DNA of 64,000 bases from Ranitomeya imitator. Its lineage: Eukaryota. The notes beneath the pieces are model-generated. The model ran no database searches, had not been told where the DNA came from, and was given only the letters and a program-made list of their open reading frames with translations. This document shows positions 1 to 11,935 of the stretch, in pieces; positions within the stretch are counted from its first letter, which is position 1; each line of letters begins with the position of its first letter. Location of the stretch: positions 5,456,001 through 5,520,000 of the forward strand of contig NC_091289.1 of NCBI RefSeq assembly GCF_032444005.1, written 5' to 3'. The position numbers and the translations under genes are program-made.

Positions 1-385
1 ATGACAGCACTATATGGCGGCACTGTATGGCAGGATTGTATGTTGGCACTGTATGACAGCACTATATGGCGGCACTGTATGGCAGGATTGTATGTTGGCA
101 CTGTATGACAGCACTATATGGAGGCACAGTATGGCAGGATTGTAGAATTGTATGTTGGCACTGTATGGCAGGATTGTATGTTGGCACTGTATTGCAGTAC
201 TATATGGCAGCACTGTATGACGGCACTGTATTGCAGGATTGTATGTTGGCACTATATGGCAGCACTGTATGGCAGGATTGTATGACGGCACTGTATTGCA
301 GGATTGTATGTTGGCACTGTATGGCAGCACTGTATGACGGCACTGTATTGCAGGATTGTATGTTGGCACTGTATGGCAGCATTAT
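1..385. repeat. Minisatellite of short GCACTGTATG / GCAGGATTGTATGTTG subunits (cut by window edge)
   Basis: Direct tandem repetition; explains the short ORFs at 10-392. Confidence 0.9.
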
Positions 386-569
386 GCATTAGGACGGATC
401 GGACTGACAGCGATGGTTGATATTCTGGAATCCAGTTGGATACTGAGAGCGGCAGGGACCTTGTGACTTTATGAATGCGCCTGATCGGCCACGACATCCA
501 TAACCCCATCCAAGAATGAGCTGACACCCCAAGAATTTGGCTACGGGAACAAAGAATAAAAGCCGCTAT

Positions 570-576
570 TATATAA
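570..576 (+). promoter_or_regulatory. TATA box of the osteocalcin-like gene
   Basis: TATATAA about 80 nt upstream of the ATG at 654. Confidence 0.7.
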
Positions 577-653
577 GAGGCCATAATACAAAGCAGACAC
601 CAGATAAGGAGGAAGCAGATCACAGCTGAGCACAGAAAAGTGACACCAACACC

Positions 654-714
654 ATGAAGAAGCTGATGGTCCTCTCCCTGCTGGGGATCATGGCCGGATG
701 CCTCGCCCTTAAAG
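654..714 (+). CDS. Osteocalcin-like exon 1 (signal peptide)
   Basis: accATG, MKKLMVLSLLGIMAGCLALK, donor G|GTGAGA, phase 1. Confidence 0.88.
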
Positions 715-3700
715 GTGAGAAACACTGATATTAAAGGGAACCTGTCACCTGAATTTGGCGGGACTGGTTTTGGGTCATATGGGCGTGGTTTTGGGGTGTT
801 TGATTCACCCTTTCCTTACCTGCTGGCTGCATGCTGGCCGCGATATTGGATTGAAGTTCATGCTGTGTCCTCCGTAGTACACGCCTGCGCAAGGCAAGAT
901 TGCCTTGTGCAGGCATGTACTATGGAAAGACACAGCATGAACTTCAACCCAATATTGTGGCCAGCATGCAGCCAGCAGGTAAGGAAAGGGTGAATCAAAC
1001 ACCCCAAAACTCCGCCCATATGACCAGAAACCTGTCCCGCCAAATTCAGGTGACAGGTTCCCTTTAAAGGAGCAGCCACCGGAAAGACCAGAGCTTATAG
1101 CAAGAGGGGTCATGGGGGCAGGACTGTCATGGCTGATAACAGGGAGTAATAGATTGTATTGATTATCCTGCAGGACTGCACGTTCTGTCGTTTCCCTCTT
1201 TTCAGAGGATTAGATACACAGCTCAGCAGACAGTATCACACAGGATAGGATTAGATACACGGCTCAGCAGACAGTATCACACAGGAGAGGATTAGATACA
1301 TGGCTCAGCAGTCAGTATCACACAGGACAGGATTAGATACACGGCTCAGCAGTCAGTATCACACAGGAGAGGATTAGATACACAGCTCAGCAGTCAGTAT
1401 CACACAGGATAGGATTAGATACACAGCTCAGCAGTCAGTATCACACAGGAGAGGATTAGACAGCTCAGCAGTCAGTATCACACAGGAGAGGATTAGATAC
1501 ACGGCTCAGCAGACAGTATCACACAGGATGGGATTAGATACACAGCTCAGCAGTCAGTATCACACAGGGGAGGATTAGATACACGGCTCAGCAGACAGTA
1601 TCACACAGGATGGGATTAGATACACAGCTCAGCAGTCAGTATCACACAGGGGAGGATTAGATACACGGCTCAGCAGTCAGTATCACACAGGATAGGATTA
1701 GATACACAGCTCAGCAGTCAGTATCACACAGGATAGGATTAGATACATGGCTCAGCAGTCAGTATCACACAGGATAGGATTAGATACGCGACTCAGCAGA
1801 CCGTATCACACAGGAGAGGATTAGATACACGACTCAGCAGTCAGTATCACACAGGATGGGATTAGATACACGGCTCAGCAGACAGTATCACACAGGATAG
1901 GATTAGATACACGGCTCAGCAGTCAGTATCACAGAGGACAGGATTAGATACACAGCTCAGCAGTCAGTATCACACAGGAGAGGATTAGATACACGACTCA
2001 GCAGTCAGTATCACACAGGATGGGATTAGATACACGGCTCAGCAGACAGTATCACACAGGATGGGATTAGATACACAGCTCAGCAGTCAGTATCACACAG
2101 GAGAGGATTAGATACATGGCTCCGTAGACTGTATCACACAGGAGAGGATTAGATACACGGCTCAGCAGACCGTATCACACAGGAGAGGATTAGATACACG
2201 GCTCAGCAGTCAGTATCACACAGGATGGGATTAGATACACGGCTCAGCAGACAGTATCACACAGGATAGAATTAGATACACGGCTCAGCAGACAGTATCA
2301 CACAGGATAGGATTAGATACACAGCTCAGCAGTCAGTATCACACAGGAGAGGATTAGATACATGGCTCCGCAGACAGTATCACACAGGAGAGGATTAGAT
2401 ACATGGCTCCGCAGTCAGTATCACACAGGAGAGGATTAGATACATGGCTCCGCAGACAGTATCACACAGGATAGGATTAGACACACGGCTCAGCAGACAG
2501 TATCACACAGGATAGGATTAGATACACAGCTCAGCAGTCAGTATCACACAGGAGAGGATTAGATACACGGCTCAGCAGACAGTATCACACAGGAGAGGAT
2601 TAGATACACGGCTCAGCAGTCAGTATCACACAGGAGAGGATTAGATACACGGCTCAGCAGTCAGTATCACACAGGAGAGGATTAGATACATGGCTCCGCA
2701 GACAGTATCACACAGGAGAGGATTAGATACACAGCTCAGCAGACAGTATCACACAGGATAGGATTAGATACACGGCTCAGCAGTCAGTATCACACAGGAT
2801 GGGATTAGATACACGGCTCAGCAGACAGTATCACACAGGATAGGATTAGATACACGGCTCAGCAGTCAGTATCACACAGGATGGGATTAGATACACGGCT
2901 CAGCAGACAGTATCACACAGGATAGGATTAGATACACGGCTCCGCAGACAGTATCACACAGGAGAGGATTAGATACACGGCTCAGCAGACAGTATCACAC
3001 AGGATAGGATTAGATACACAGCTCAGCAGTCAGTATCGCACAGGAGAGGATTAGATACACGGCTCAGCAGTCAGTATCACACAGGAGAGGATTAGATACA
3101 CGGCTCCGCAGACAGTATCACACAGGATAGGATTAGATACACGGCTCAGCAGTCAGTATCACACAGGATGGGATTTGATACGCGGCTCAGCAGACAGTAT
3201 CACACAGGATGGGATTAGATACACGGCTCAGCTGCACACTGTTGACCGACTTAGGCTACTTTCACACATCAGTTTTTTGCTGTCAGGCTCAATCCGGCGA
3301 ATGTTGAAAAACGGATCCATCACAAATTGTGAAAAACTGATGCGACGGATCCGTTTTTTTGACTAGCTGATATCCGGGGACTAGCTGATGAGAGATTTAA
3401 AACATGCTCAGTTTAAATAAAACGGAATCTGGTGCTGGGATCAGTCATTTTACAGATCCAGCGCCATAGGCTTCCATTATAGCAAACGCCGGACGCTGCC
3501 GGATCCATCGCTGTCCATTTTTTCGATGGACACAAAAAACTTTAATATATCCATTTTCTCCGGCCGCCGGTAAACACATTTTTGATGGATGCGGCAAAAA
3601 ACGGATGAAACGTGAGGCAATCCGTTGCTAATACAAGTCTATGAGAAAAAAAACGAATCCGGCAGCAACTTTTGCCAGATCCGTTTTTTTTCAAAATACG

Positions 3701-5181
3701 CTGGATTTAGCCTGACGGCAAAAAACTGATGTGTGAAAGCAGCATTACACTGTGACATGTCTTTGATTCGCTCCAGCGCCATCATGTGGCCACAACACAT
3801 TTTTACAACTAGTCTGAGCGTTGGGTCCGGCCTCCATTTCTCCCTTTATGATCAGGCAGCTAAACCTTCTCTTATATTTTAATATTTCTAATATTACACT
3901 GCAGAATGTAACTATTTTTTAGTTTTTGCTGCAGGTGATGATCCCCCACATGGAAATTCAAGGAAGTTGTTAAATGATCAAGGTAACAGTCATCATCCTA
4001 ACATAAAAGATCAATGCATTTTTCTGCTGAAATATTTTGTGCGGCTGAGTGACCCTGCTCCTTCCATTATGTAACTTCTTCCCTATGACCTCCTATAACC
4101 ATTACATTCCTGTGCTGAAATACTCTGTGCCGCTGAGGGACCGTGCTCTTTCCGTTATGTAACTTCTTCCCTATGACCTCCTATAACCATCACATTCCTG
4201 TGCTGAAATACTCTGTGCCGCTGAGGGACCGTGCTCCTTCCGTTATGTAACTTCTTCCCTATGACCTCCTATAACCATTACATTCCTGTGCTGAAATACT
4301 CTGTGCCGCTGAGGGACCGTGCTCCTTCCGTTATGTAACTTCTTCCCTATGACCTTCTATAACTGGCACACTCCTGTGCTGCTGAGGAACCTTGCTCCTA
4401 CTATCTAACTTCTTCCCTATGACCTCCTATAACCGGCACACTCCTGTGCTGAAATGCTCTGTGCTGCTGAGGTATCTGCTCTTTTCCACCATGTAGCTCT
4501 GTCTGCTCTCCGACCCGTCATCACGTTTGTCCATCGCCTTCATATTTACTTTGCTTTTTTCTTTCCCTTTAAGACGTTCTGATGTCGCGGAGCGCAGCAA
4601 ACTCCGTCATTAAGAGGCACCGGCGCTCCTATGACTTTTTAGAAAGGTGAGTCTTGTGACGGGTCGCTGCGCCTCAATACTGTGCTCACAGGGACTCGGG
4701 TCTGTCCAGTGTGAGCCCCGATGGTTCCTCTCCAGTGTGAGCCCCGATGGGGCTTCGCATAGAGAGTAGATTGTTAGCTCCTGGGGTCAGGGATGATGAG
4801 GGTGATCTATCCTGGGTGTATGACGGACAGAACATTATCAGCTTTTCTGGCCCGTGATGATGGGAGTGATACAAGAATCCTTGTGAAAAAGTCTGGAAAA
4901 ATCTGTACAACAAGCGATAAGTGCTGAAGTGCCACAGCGGCCATAATAGCTGTCACCTGCTTTCCCCAGAAGAGTGAAAGACATTTTTTATTGCTGGCAG
5001 AGAATGACAACTCCCAACATTCTTTCCTTCATTCTCTTTCTTGTATTTTAGGATGTTTTCGAGAATAAAGTCTCCTCTGGAGATAAAGATGGAGCAGTGT
5101 GAGAACTACCGGCCCTGCGATCAGCTGTCAGAGTGGGTCGGCTTCTACCCGGCCTATCAGAGATACTTTGGGCGCGTGTGA
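654..5181 (+). CDS. Osteocalcin-like Gla protein (BGLAP/BGP family, probable Bgp2/OC3 paralogue), 103 aa, join(654-714,3935-3982,4574-4646,5052-5181)
   Basis: Spliced product MKKLMVLSLLGIMAGCLALKGDDPPHGNSRKLLNDQDVLMSRSAANSVIKRHRR/SYDFLERMFSRIKSPLEIKMEQCENYRPCDQLSEWVGFYPAYQRYFGRV; all introns GT-AG, phases 1/1/2 as in BGLAP; signal peptide, furin site RHRR, E17/E21/E24 and C23-C29 in a 49-aa mature peptide. Confidence 0.92.
735..1063. mobile_element. Fold-back MITE with TTAA target duplication (Kolobok/T2-like)
   Basis: TTAA at 731-734 and 1064-1067; termini AGGGAACCTGTCACC / GGTGACAGGTTCCCT; whole element is an imperfect palindrome. Confidence 0.88.
1207..3232. repeat. 41-bp minisatellite, ~49 copies (intron 1)
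   Basis: Unit GGATTAGATACACRGCTCAGCAGWCAGTATCACACAGGAKA. Confidence 0.95.
3254..3744. mobile_element. PIF/Harbinger-type MITE
   Basis: TTA flanks; TIR GGCTACTTTCACACATCAGTTTTT / AAAAACTGATGTGTGAAAGCAGCA. Confidence 0.75.
3935..3982 (+). CDS. Osteocalcin-like exon 2 (propeptide)
   Basis: tttttgctgcAG acceptor, GDDPPHGNSRKLLNDQ, donor G|GTAACA, 48 nt, phase 1-1. Confidence 0.75.
4026..4490. repeat. 88-bp tandem repeat, ~5 copies (intron 2)
   Basis: CTGAAATACTCTGTG recurs at 4115, 4203, 4291. Confidence 0.9.
4574..4646 (+). CDS. Osteocalcin-like exon 3 (carboxylase recognition site and furin site)
   Basis: Long polypyrimidine tract + AAG, DVLMSRSAANSVIKRHRRSYDFLE, donor AG|GTGAGT. Confidence 0.9.
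5052..5181 (+). CDS. Osteocalcin-like exon 4 (Gla domain)
   Basis: ttgtattttAG acceptor, ELxxxExCExxxxC-type Gla motif (EIKMEQCENYRPC), GFxxAYxRYFG, TGA at 5179-5181. Confidence 0.93.
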
Positions 5182-5255
5182 ATCAAGAGCCATGAGTGAA
5201 GGGGGCACGGACCCCAAATCTGCAGCGTTGAGGCTTCCGATATGATCTAATGTCA

Positions 5256-7027
5256 AATAAGACATGTGTGACCTTATATGAGTGACCCTGTGCACCCCAT
5301 GTAATAAGACGTGTGTGACCCCATATAAGTGACCCTGTACACCCCATGTAATAAGACGTGTGTGACCCCATATAAGTGACCCTGTACACCCCATGTAATA
5401 AGACGTGTGTGACCTTATATGAGTGACCCTGTACGCCCCATGTAATAAGACGTGTGTGACCCCATATAAGTGACCCTGTACACCCCATGTAATAAGACGT
5501 GTGTGACCCCCTATAAGTGGCCCTGTACACCCCATGTAATAAGATGAGTGTGACCCCATGTGACCCTGTACACCCCATGTAATAAGACGTGTGTGACCCC
5601 ATATAAGTGACCCTGTACACCCCATGTAATAAGACGTGTGTGACCCCATATAAGTGACCCTGTACACCCCATGTAATAAGACGTGTGTGACCCCATATAA
5701 GTGACCCTGTACACCCCATGTAATAAGACGTGTGTGACCCCATATAAGTGACCCTGTACACCCCATGTAATAAGACGTGTGACCCCATATAAGTGACCCT
5801 GTACACCCCATGTAATAAGACGTGTGTGACCCCACATATGTGACCCTGTACACCCCATGTAATAAGACGTGTGTGACCTTATATGAGTGACCCTGTACGC
5901 CCCATGTAATAAGACGTGTGTGACCCCATATAAGTGACCCTGTACACCCCATGTAATAAGACGTGTGTGACCCCCTATAAGTGGCCCTGTACACCCCATG
6001 TAATAAGATGAGTGTGACCCCATGTGACCCTGTACACCCCATGTAATAAGACGTGTGACCCCATAAGTGACCCTGTACACCCCATGTAATAAGACGTGTG
6101 TGACCCCAGGTGACCCTGTACACCCCATGTAATAAGACGTGTGTGACCCCATAAGTGACCCTGTACACCCCATGTAATAAGACGTGTGTGACCCCATATA
6201 AGTGACCCTGTACACCCCATGTAATAAGACGTGTGTGACCCCCTATAAGTGGCCCTGTACACCCCATGTAATAAGATGAGTGTGACCCCATGTGACCCTG
6301 TACACCCCATGTAATAAGACGTGTGTGACCCCATAAGTGACCCTGTACACCCCATGTAATAAGACGTGTGTGACCCCATATAAGTGACCCTGTACACCCC
6401 ATGTAATAAGACGTGTGTGACCCCCTATAAGTGGCCCTGTACACCCCATGTAATAAGATGAGTGTGACCCCATGTGACCCTGTACACCCCATGTAATGTG
6501 TGACCTCATAAGTGACCCTGTACACCCCATGTAATAAGACGTGTGTGACCCCATATAAGTGACCCTGTACACCCCATGTAATAAGACGTGTATGACCCCA
6601 TATAAGTGACCCTGTACACCCCATGTAATAAGACGTGTGTGACCCTATGTGACCCTGTACACCCCATGTAATAAGACGTGTGTGACCCTATATGTGACCC
6701 TGTACACCCCATGTAATAAGACGTGTGTGACCCCATATAAGTGGCCCTGTACACCCCATGTAATAAGACGTGTGACCCTATATGTGACCCTGTACACCCC
6801 ATGTAATAAGACGTGTGTGACCCCATATAAGTGACCCTGTACACCCCATGTAATAAGACGTGTGACCCTATATGTGACCCTGTACACCCCATGTAATAAG
6901 ACGTGTGTGACCCCATATAAGTGACCCTGTACACCCATGAAATAAGACGTGTGTGACCCCATATAAGTGACCCTGTACACCCCATGTAATAAGACGTGTG
7001 TGACCCTATATGTGACCCTGTACACCC
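5256..7027. repeat. 47-bp minisatellite with deletion variants, ~40 copies
   Basis: Unit GTAATAAGACGTGTGTGACCCCATATAAGTGACCCTGTACACCCCAT. Confidence 0.95.
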
Positions 7028-8002
7028 AGTTTTATGCTTGATATGTAGATCATCATTTCGGAGCCAAATACACAAACTTTTACTGAAGCATAAATTTGGT
7101 CACAAGAGAATATTTCATTTCACAAACATTCCAGAAATAGGAGAAAACACTAAAAATGTCTCCATAATCAGCAAAGGTAGAAGGAAAATTGCTACAAGTG
7201 CTTCTCACTAAATTAGAATATCATCAAAAAGTGAATTTATTTCATTTCTTCAATACAGTTCATCTCATATACTCTATAGAGTCATTACACACAGAGTGAT
7301 CTACAGTTAGGTCCATATATATTTGGACAGAGACAACATTTTTCTAATTTTGGTTATAGACATTACCACAATGAATTTTAAAAACAATTCAGATGCAGTT
7401 GAAGTTCAGACTTTCAGCTTTCATTTGAGGTTATCCACATTAATATTGGATGAAGGGTTTAGGAGTTTCAGCTTCTTAACATGTGCCACCCTGTTTTTAA
7501 AGGAACCAAAAGTAATTGGACAGATTCAATAATTTTAAATAAAATGTTAATTTCTAGTACTTGGTTGAAAGCCCTTTGTTGGCAATGACTGCCTGAAGTC
7601 TTGAGCTCATGGACATCACCAGACGCTGTGTTTCCTCCTTTTTGATGATCGGCCTTCACTGCGGTGGTTTTCAGTTGCTGTTTGTTTCTGGGCCTTTCTG
7701 TCTGAAGTTTAGTCTTTAACAAGTGAAATGCTGCTCAATTGGGTTGAGATCAGGTGACTGACTTGGCCATTCAAGAATATTCCACTTCTTTGCTTTAATA
7801 AACTCCTGGGTTGCTTTGGCTTTATGTTTTGGGTCATTGTCCATCTGTTGTATGAAACGACGACCAATCAGTTTGGCTGCATGTGGCTGGATCTGAGCAC
7901 ACAGTATGGCGGCTCTGAAGACCTCAGAATTCATTCTACTGTCATGTGTCACATCATCAATAAACACTAGTGACCCAGTGCCACTGGCAGCCATGCATGC
8001 CC

Positions 8003-8180
8003 AAGCCATCACACTGCCTCCGCCGGGTTTATGCATGCCCGCGCCATCACACTGCCTCCGCCGGGTTTATGCATGCCCGCGCCATCACACTGCCTCCGCC
8101 GGGTTTATGCATGCCCGCGCCATCACACTGCCTCCGCCGGGTTTATGCATGCCCGCGCCATCACACTGCCTCCGCCGGGT
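8003..8180. repeat. 38-bp tandem expansion inside the Tc1-B transposase
   Basis: CATGCCCGCGCCATCACACTGCCTCCGCCGGGTTTATG x ~4.5. Confidence 0.9.
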
Positions 8181-8667
8181 GTTACACATGATGTGGTGCT
8201 TTGGATCATGAGCCGCGCCTTCGCCATACTTTTCTCTTTCCATCATTCTGGTAGAGGTTGATCTCGGTTTCATCTGTCCATAGAATGTTCTTCCAGAACT
8301 GTGCTGTCTTCTTTAGATGTTTTTAGCCTTTTTCTTCTTGATGCTTATGAGCGGCTGCACCGTGCAGTGAACCCTCTGTAGTTACTTTCATGCAGTCTTC
8401 TCTTTATGGTAGATTTGGATATTGATACGCCGACCTCCTGGAGAGTGTTGGTCACTTGGTCGGCTGTTGTGAAGGGGTTTCTCTTCACCATGGAGATTAT
8501 TCTGCGATCATCCACCACTGTTGTCTTCCGTGAGCCCCCAGGTCTTTTTGCAATGATGAGTTCACCAGTGCTTTCTTTCTTTCTCAGGATGGACCAAACT
8601 GTAGATTTTGCCACTCCTCATATTGTAGCAATTTCTCGGATGAGTTTTTTCTGTTTTTGCAGCTTAA

Positions 8668-9721
8668 GGGTATGTTCACACGTTCAGGATTTCCATCCTT
8701 TTTTTTTCAGGACAGTTTTTTTTAAAAAACTGCAGCTCTTGGCAGAAAACGCAGGTCCTTTTTTTGGTCCTTTTTTTGTCCTTTTTTGATGCGTTTTTTG
8801 ATGCGTTTTTTTATCCTTTTTTTATGCAATTTTCTATGCAGAGACTGTGTGTTTCCTAGGAAGCTTTTTAGGGCTAANNNNNNNNNNNNNNNNNNNNNNN
8901 NNNNNNNNNNNNNNNNNNNNNNNNNNNNNNNNNNNNNNNNNNNNNNNNNNNNNNNNNNNNNNNNNNNNNNNNNNNNNNNNNNNNNNNNNNNNNNNNNNNN
9001 NNNNNNNNNNCAATGGGGGTGACAAAGTGGGGGGGGGGGGGTCATTTACTATTTTTTTATTTTGATCACTGAGATAGGTTATATCTCAGTGATCAAAATG
9101 CACTTTGGAGCGAATCTGCCGGCCGGCAGATTCGGCGGGCGCACTGCGCATGCGCCCGCCATTTTGCAAGATGGCGGCGCCCAGGGAGAAGACGGCCGGA
9201 CGGACACCGGGTAAGTATAAGGGGGGGAGATTAGGGCACGGGGGGGGGGGGGCATCGGAGCACTGGGGGGGGCATCGGAGCACGGGGGGGGCATCGGAGC
9301 ACGGGGGGGGCATCGGAGCACGGGGGGGCGGGATCGGAGCACGGGGGGGCAGCCACACTCCGCCCACGCACTTCCGCCCGCTCCCCCGCACTTCCTGCTG
9401 CAGCGGTTCTGCACATCAAATCGCAGTAAAACCCGCAGATATATTTTTGATCTGCGGGTTTTACTGCGATTTTGACCTCACAATGGAGGTCTATGGGTGC
9501 AGAACCGCTGCGGTTCAGGAAAAAGAAGTGACATGCTCCTTCTTTTTTGCCGCAGCTATTCTGTGCGGCTTTTTAAACGAAATTACGGACCATGTGCACA
9601 GCAGTGACTGTTTTCCATAGGGTTACATTGTTATGTACCCTGCATGGAAAACTGCTGCGGAACCGCAGCGGCAATACCGCTGCGGTTCCGCAGTAAAAAA
9701 ACGCACTGTGTGAACATGGCC
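8668..9721. mobile_element. PIF/Harbinger-type MITE (possibly composite; spans a gap) inserted in Tc1-B
   Basis: TAA duplication 8665-8667 / 9722-9724; termini GGGTATGTTCACAC / GTGTGAACATGGCC; Tc1-B sequence rejoins across it. Confidence 0.75.
8878..9010. other. Assembly gap (N)
   Basis: Run of N. Confidence 1.
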
Positions 9722-10953
9722 TAAGGATGGCTTGTTTCACCTGCATGGAGAGCTCCTTTACCACATGTTTACTTCACAGCAAAACCTTCCAAATGCAGCA
9801 CCACACCTCACATCAACTCCAGGGCCTTTTATCTGCTTAATTGAGAATGACATAACGAAGGGATTGCCCACACCTGTCCATGACATAGCCTTGGAGTCAA
9901 TTGTCCAATTACTTTTGGCCCCTTTAAAAACAGGGTGGCACATGTTAAGAAGCCGAAACTCCTAAACCCTTCATCCAATTTTAATGTGGATAACCTCAAA
10001 TGAAAGCTGAAAGTCTGAACTTCAACTGCATCTGAATTGTTTTGTTTAAAATTCATCGTGGTAATGTCTATAACCAAAATTAGAAAACTGTATTTCACGT
10101 GTTTATTTCTGTTAATGTTGATGATTATGGCTTACAGCTAATGAAAATCCAAGTCATTATCTCAGTAAATTACAATACTTTCTAACACCAGCTTGAATAA
10201 TGATTGTAAAATCTTAAATGTTCGCTACAGAAATGTATGATCAGTGAATACACTCAATACTTGGTCGGGATCCTTGTGCATCAATTACTGCATCAATGCA
10301 GCGTGGCATGGAGGCGATCAGCCTGTGGTTTTGCTGAGGGGTTATGGAAGCCCAGGTTGCTTAAATAGCAGCCTTCAGCTCGTCTGCATTGTTGGGTCTG
10401 GTGTCTTATCTTCCTTGGACCACTGACAACAGTCCGGTTCTTCTTCTCCTTGGCCCAGGTAAGACGCTCCTGGCGTTGTCTATTGGTCATGAGTGGCCGG
10501 ACACAAGGAATGTGACACTTGTCGCCCATGTCCTGGATACGTCTGTGTGTGGAGGCTCTTGAAGCAATGACTCCAGCAGCAGTCCGCTCCTTGTGAATCT
10601 CCCCCACATTACTGAATGGCCTTTTCTTAACAATCCTTTCCAGGCTGCCGTTATCCCGGTTGCTTGTGCACCTTTTTCTACCACACTTTTTCCTTCCACT
10701 TCCCATTAATATTCTTGGATACAGCACTGTGTGAACGGCCGGCTTCTTTAGCAATGACCTTTTGTGGCTTCCCCTCCTTGTGGAGTGTGTCAGTGACGCC
10801 TTCTGGACATCTCTCAGGTCAGCAGTCTTCCCCATGATTGTGGAGCTAGTGAAACAGACTAAGGGACCTTTATAAACACTTAGGAGCCTTTACAGGTGTT
10901 TATTGTTAATTATTCTAATTTACTGAGATAATGACTTTTGGGTTTTCATTGGC

Positions 10954-11935
10954 TGTATACTATCCTCATACACGTTAGCACGGTGTGTAATGAGACAAGT
11001 AGCTAAACCCCCGTCTTTAAGAAAAAGAGGCTGTAAAGTTATAACCTTTTGTTATTGATTATGTGACAGGAAAGGGTGAAACTATAGGATCCAATAACAG
11101 CATTTCAGAATATATAACTGTTCAGTGCCTAAAATACAGAGTCTGCAATACACAGTAACATGAGGTAATATACAAGCTGAGGATTACCCATGTAATAGAG
11201 CGAACGTACTGATGAACACAGCACTGTAACACACAGATAGTGACTCACCAACTATGCTATACAGATAGTGTCTCACCAACTATGCTACACAGATAGTGAC
11301 TCACCAACTATGCTACACAGATAGTGACTCACCAACTATGCTAAACAGATAGTGACTCACCAACTATGCTACACAGATAGTGACTCACCAACTATGCTAC
11401 ACATAGTGACTCACCAACTATGCTACACAGATAGTGACTCACCAACTATGCTACACAGATAGTGACTCACCAACTATGCTACACAGATAGTGACTCACCA
11501 ACTATGCTACACAGATAGTGACTCACCAACTATGCTACACATAGTGACTCACCAACTATGCTACACAGATAGTGACTCACCAACTATGCTACACAGATAG
11601 TGACTCACCAACTATGCTTAGAGCAGGCTGTTTATAAGGATAATGCAGAAGAACGAGTAGTGTGGCTTCTCCTCAGCAGCATGCAGGAACAATGGCTGCT
11701 GTTCCTTTCACAGTGTCATAAGACCAGAATGCAACAGGAAGAATCCCACAATGCCCTAGGAACTTCCCACAATACATTGCAAACTGCACCAGAATGCATA
11801 GAATAAATCGCCAGCAGATGGTGCTGTTACCTCACAATATGAATAGGAAGGATTAATATACACAGAAAACACAAGTCTGTAATAACCGAGACACAAAATG
11901 ACTAAACTTTAAACAGCAACTATACTGCTAGGACA
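10954..11935 (-). mobile_element. Putative solo LTR inserted in the right TIR of Tc1-A
   Basis: TGT...ACA termini, flanks TGGC/GGGC; Tc1-A TIR rejoins across it (compare copy at 31560-31580). Confidence 0.55.
11232..11618. repeat. 28-bp minisatellite, 14 copies
   Basis: Unit CAGATAGTGACTCACCAACTATGCTACA. Confidence 0.95.

Larger units (their letters stand above)
7304..10090 (-). mobile_element. Tc1/mariner element B inserted in the left TIR of A
   Basis: TA duplication 7302-7303 / 10091-10092; TIR CAGTTAGGTCC; transposase fragments KRPGGSRKTT and QMDNDPKH...[12 protein letters not shown]. Confidence 0.92.

Noticed and set aside
1207-3232. Repeat arrays as CRISPR loci
   Set aside because: No unique spacers, no cas genes, and a eukaryotic context
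5128-7075. Long minus-strand ORFs over the 47-bp array
   Set aside because: Translation of a stop-poor tandem repeat in several frames; antisense to the Gla gene 3' end
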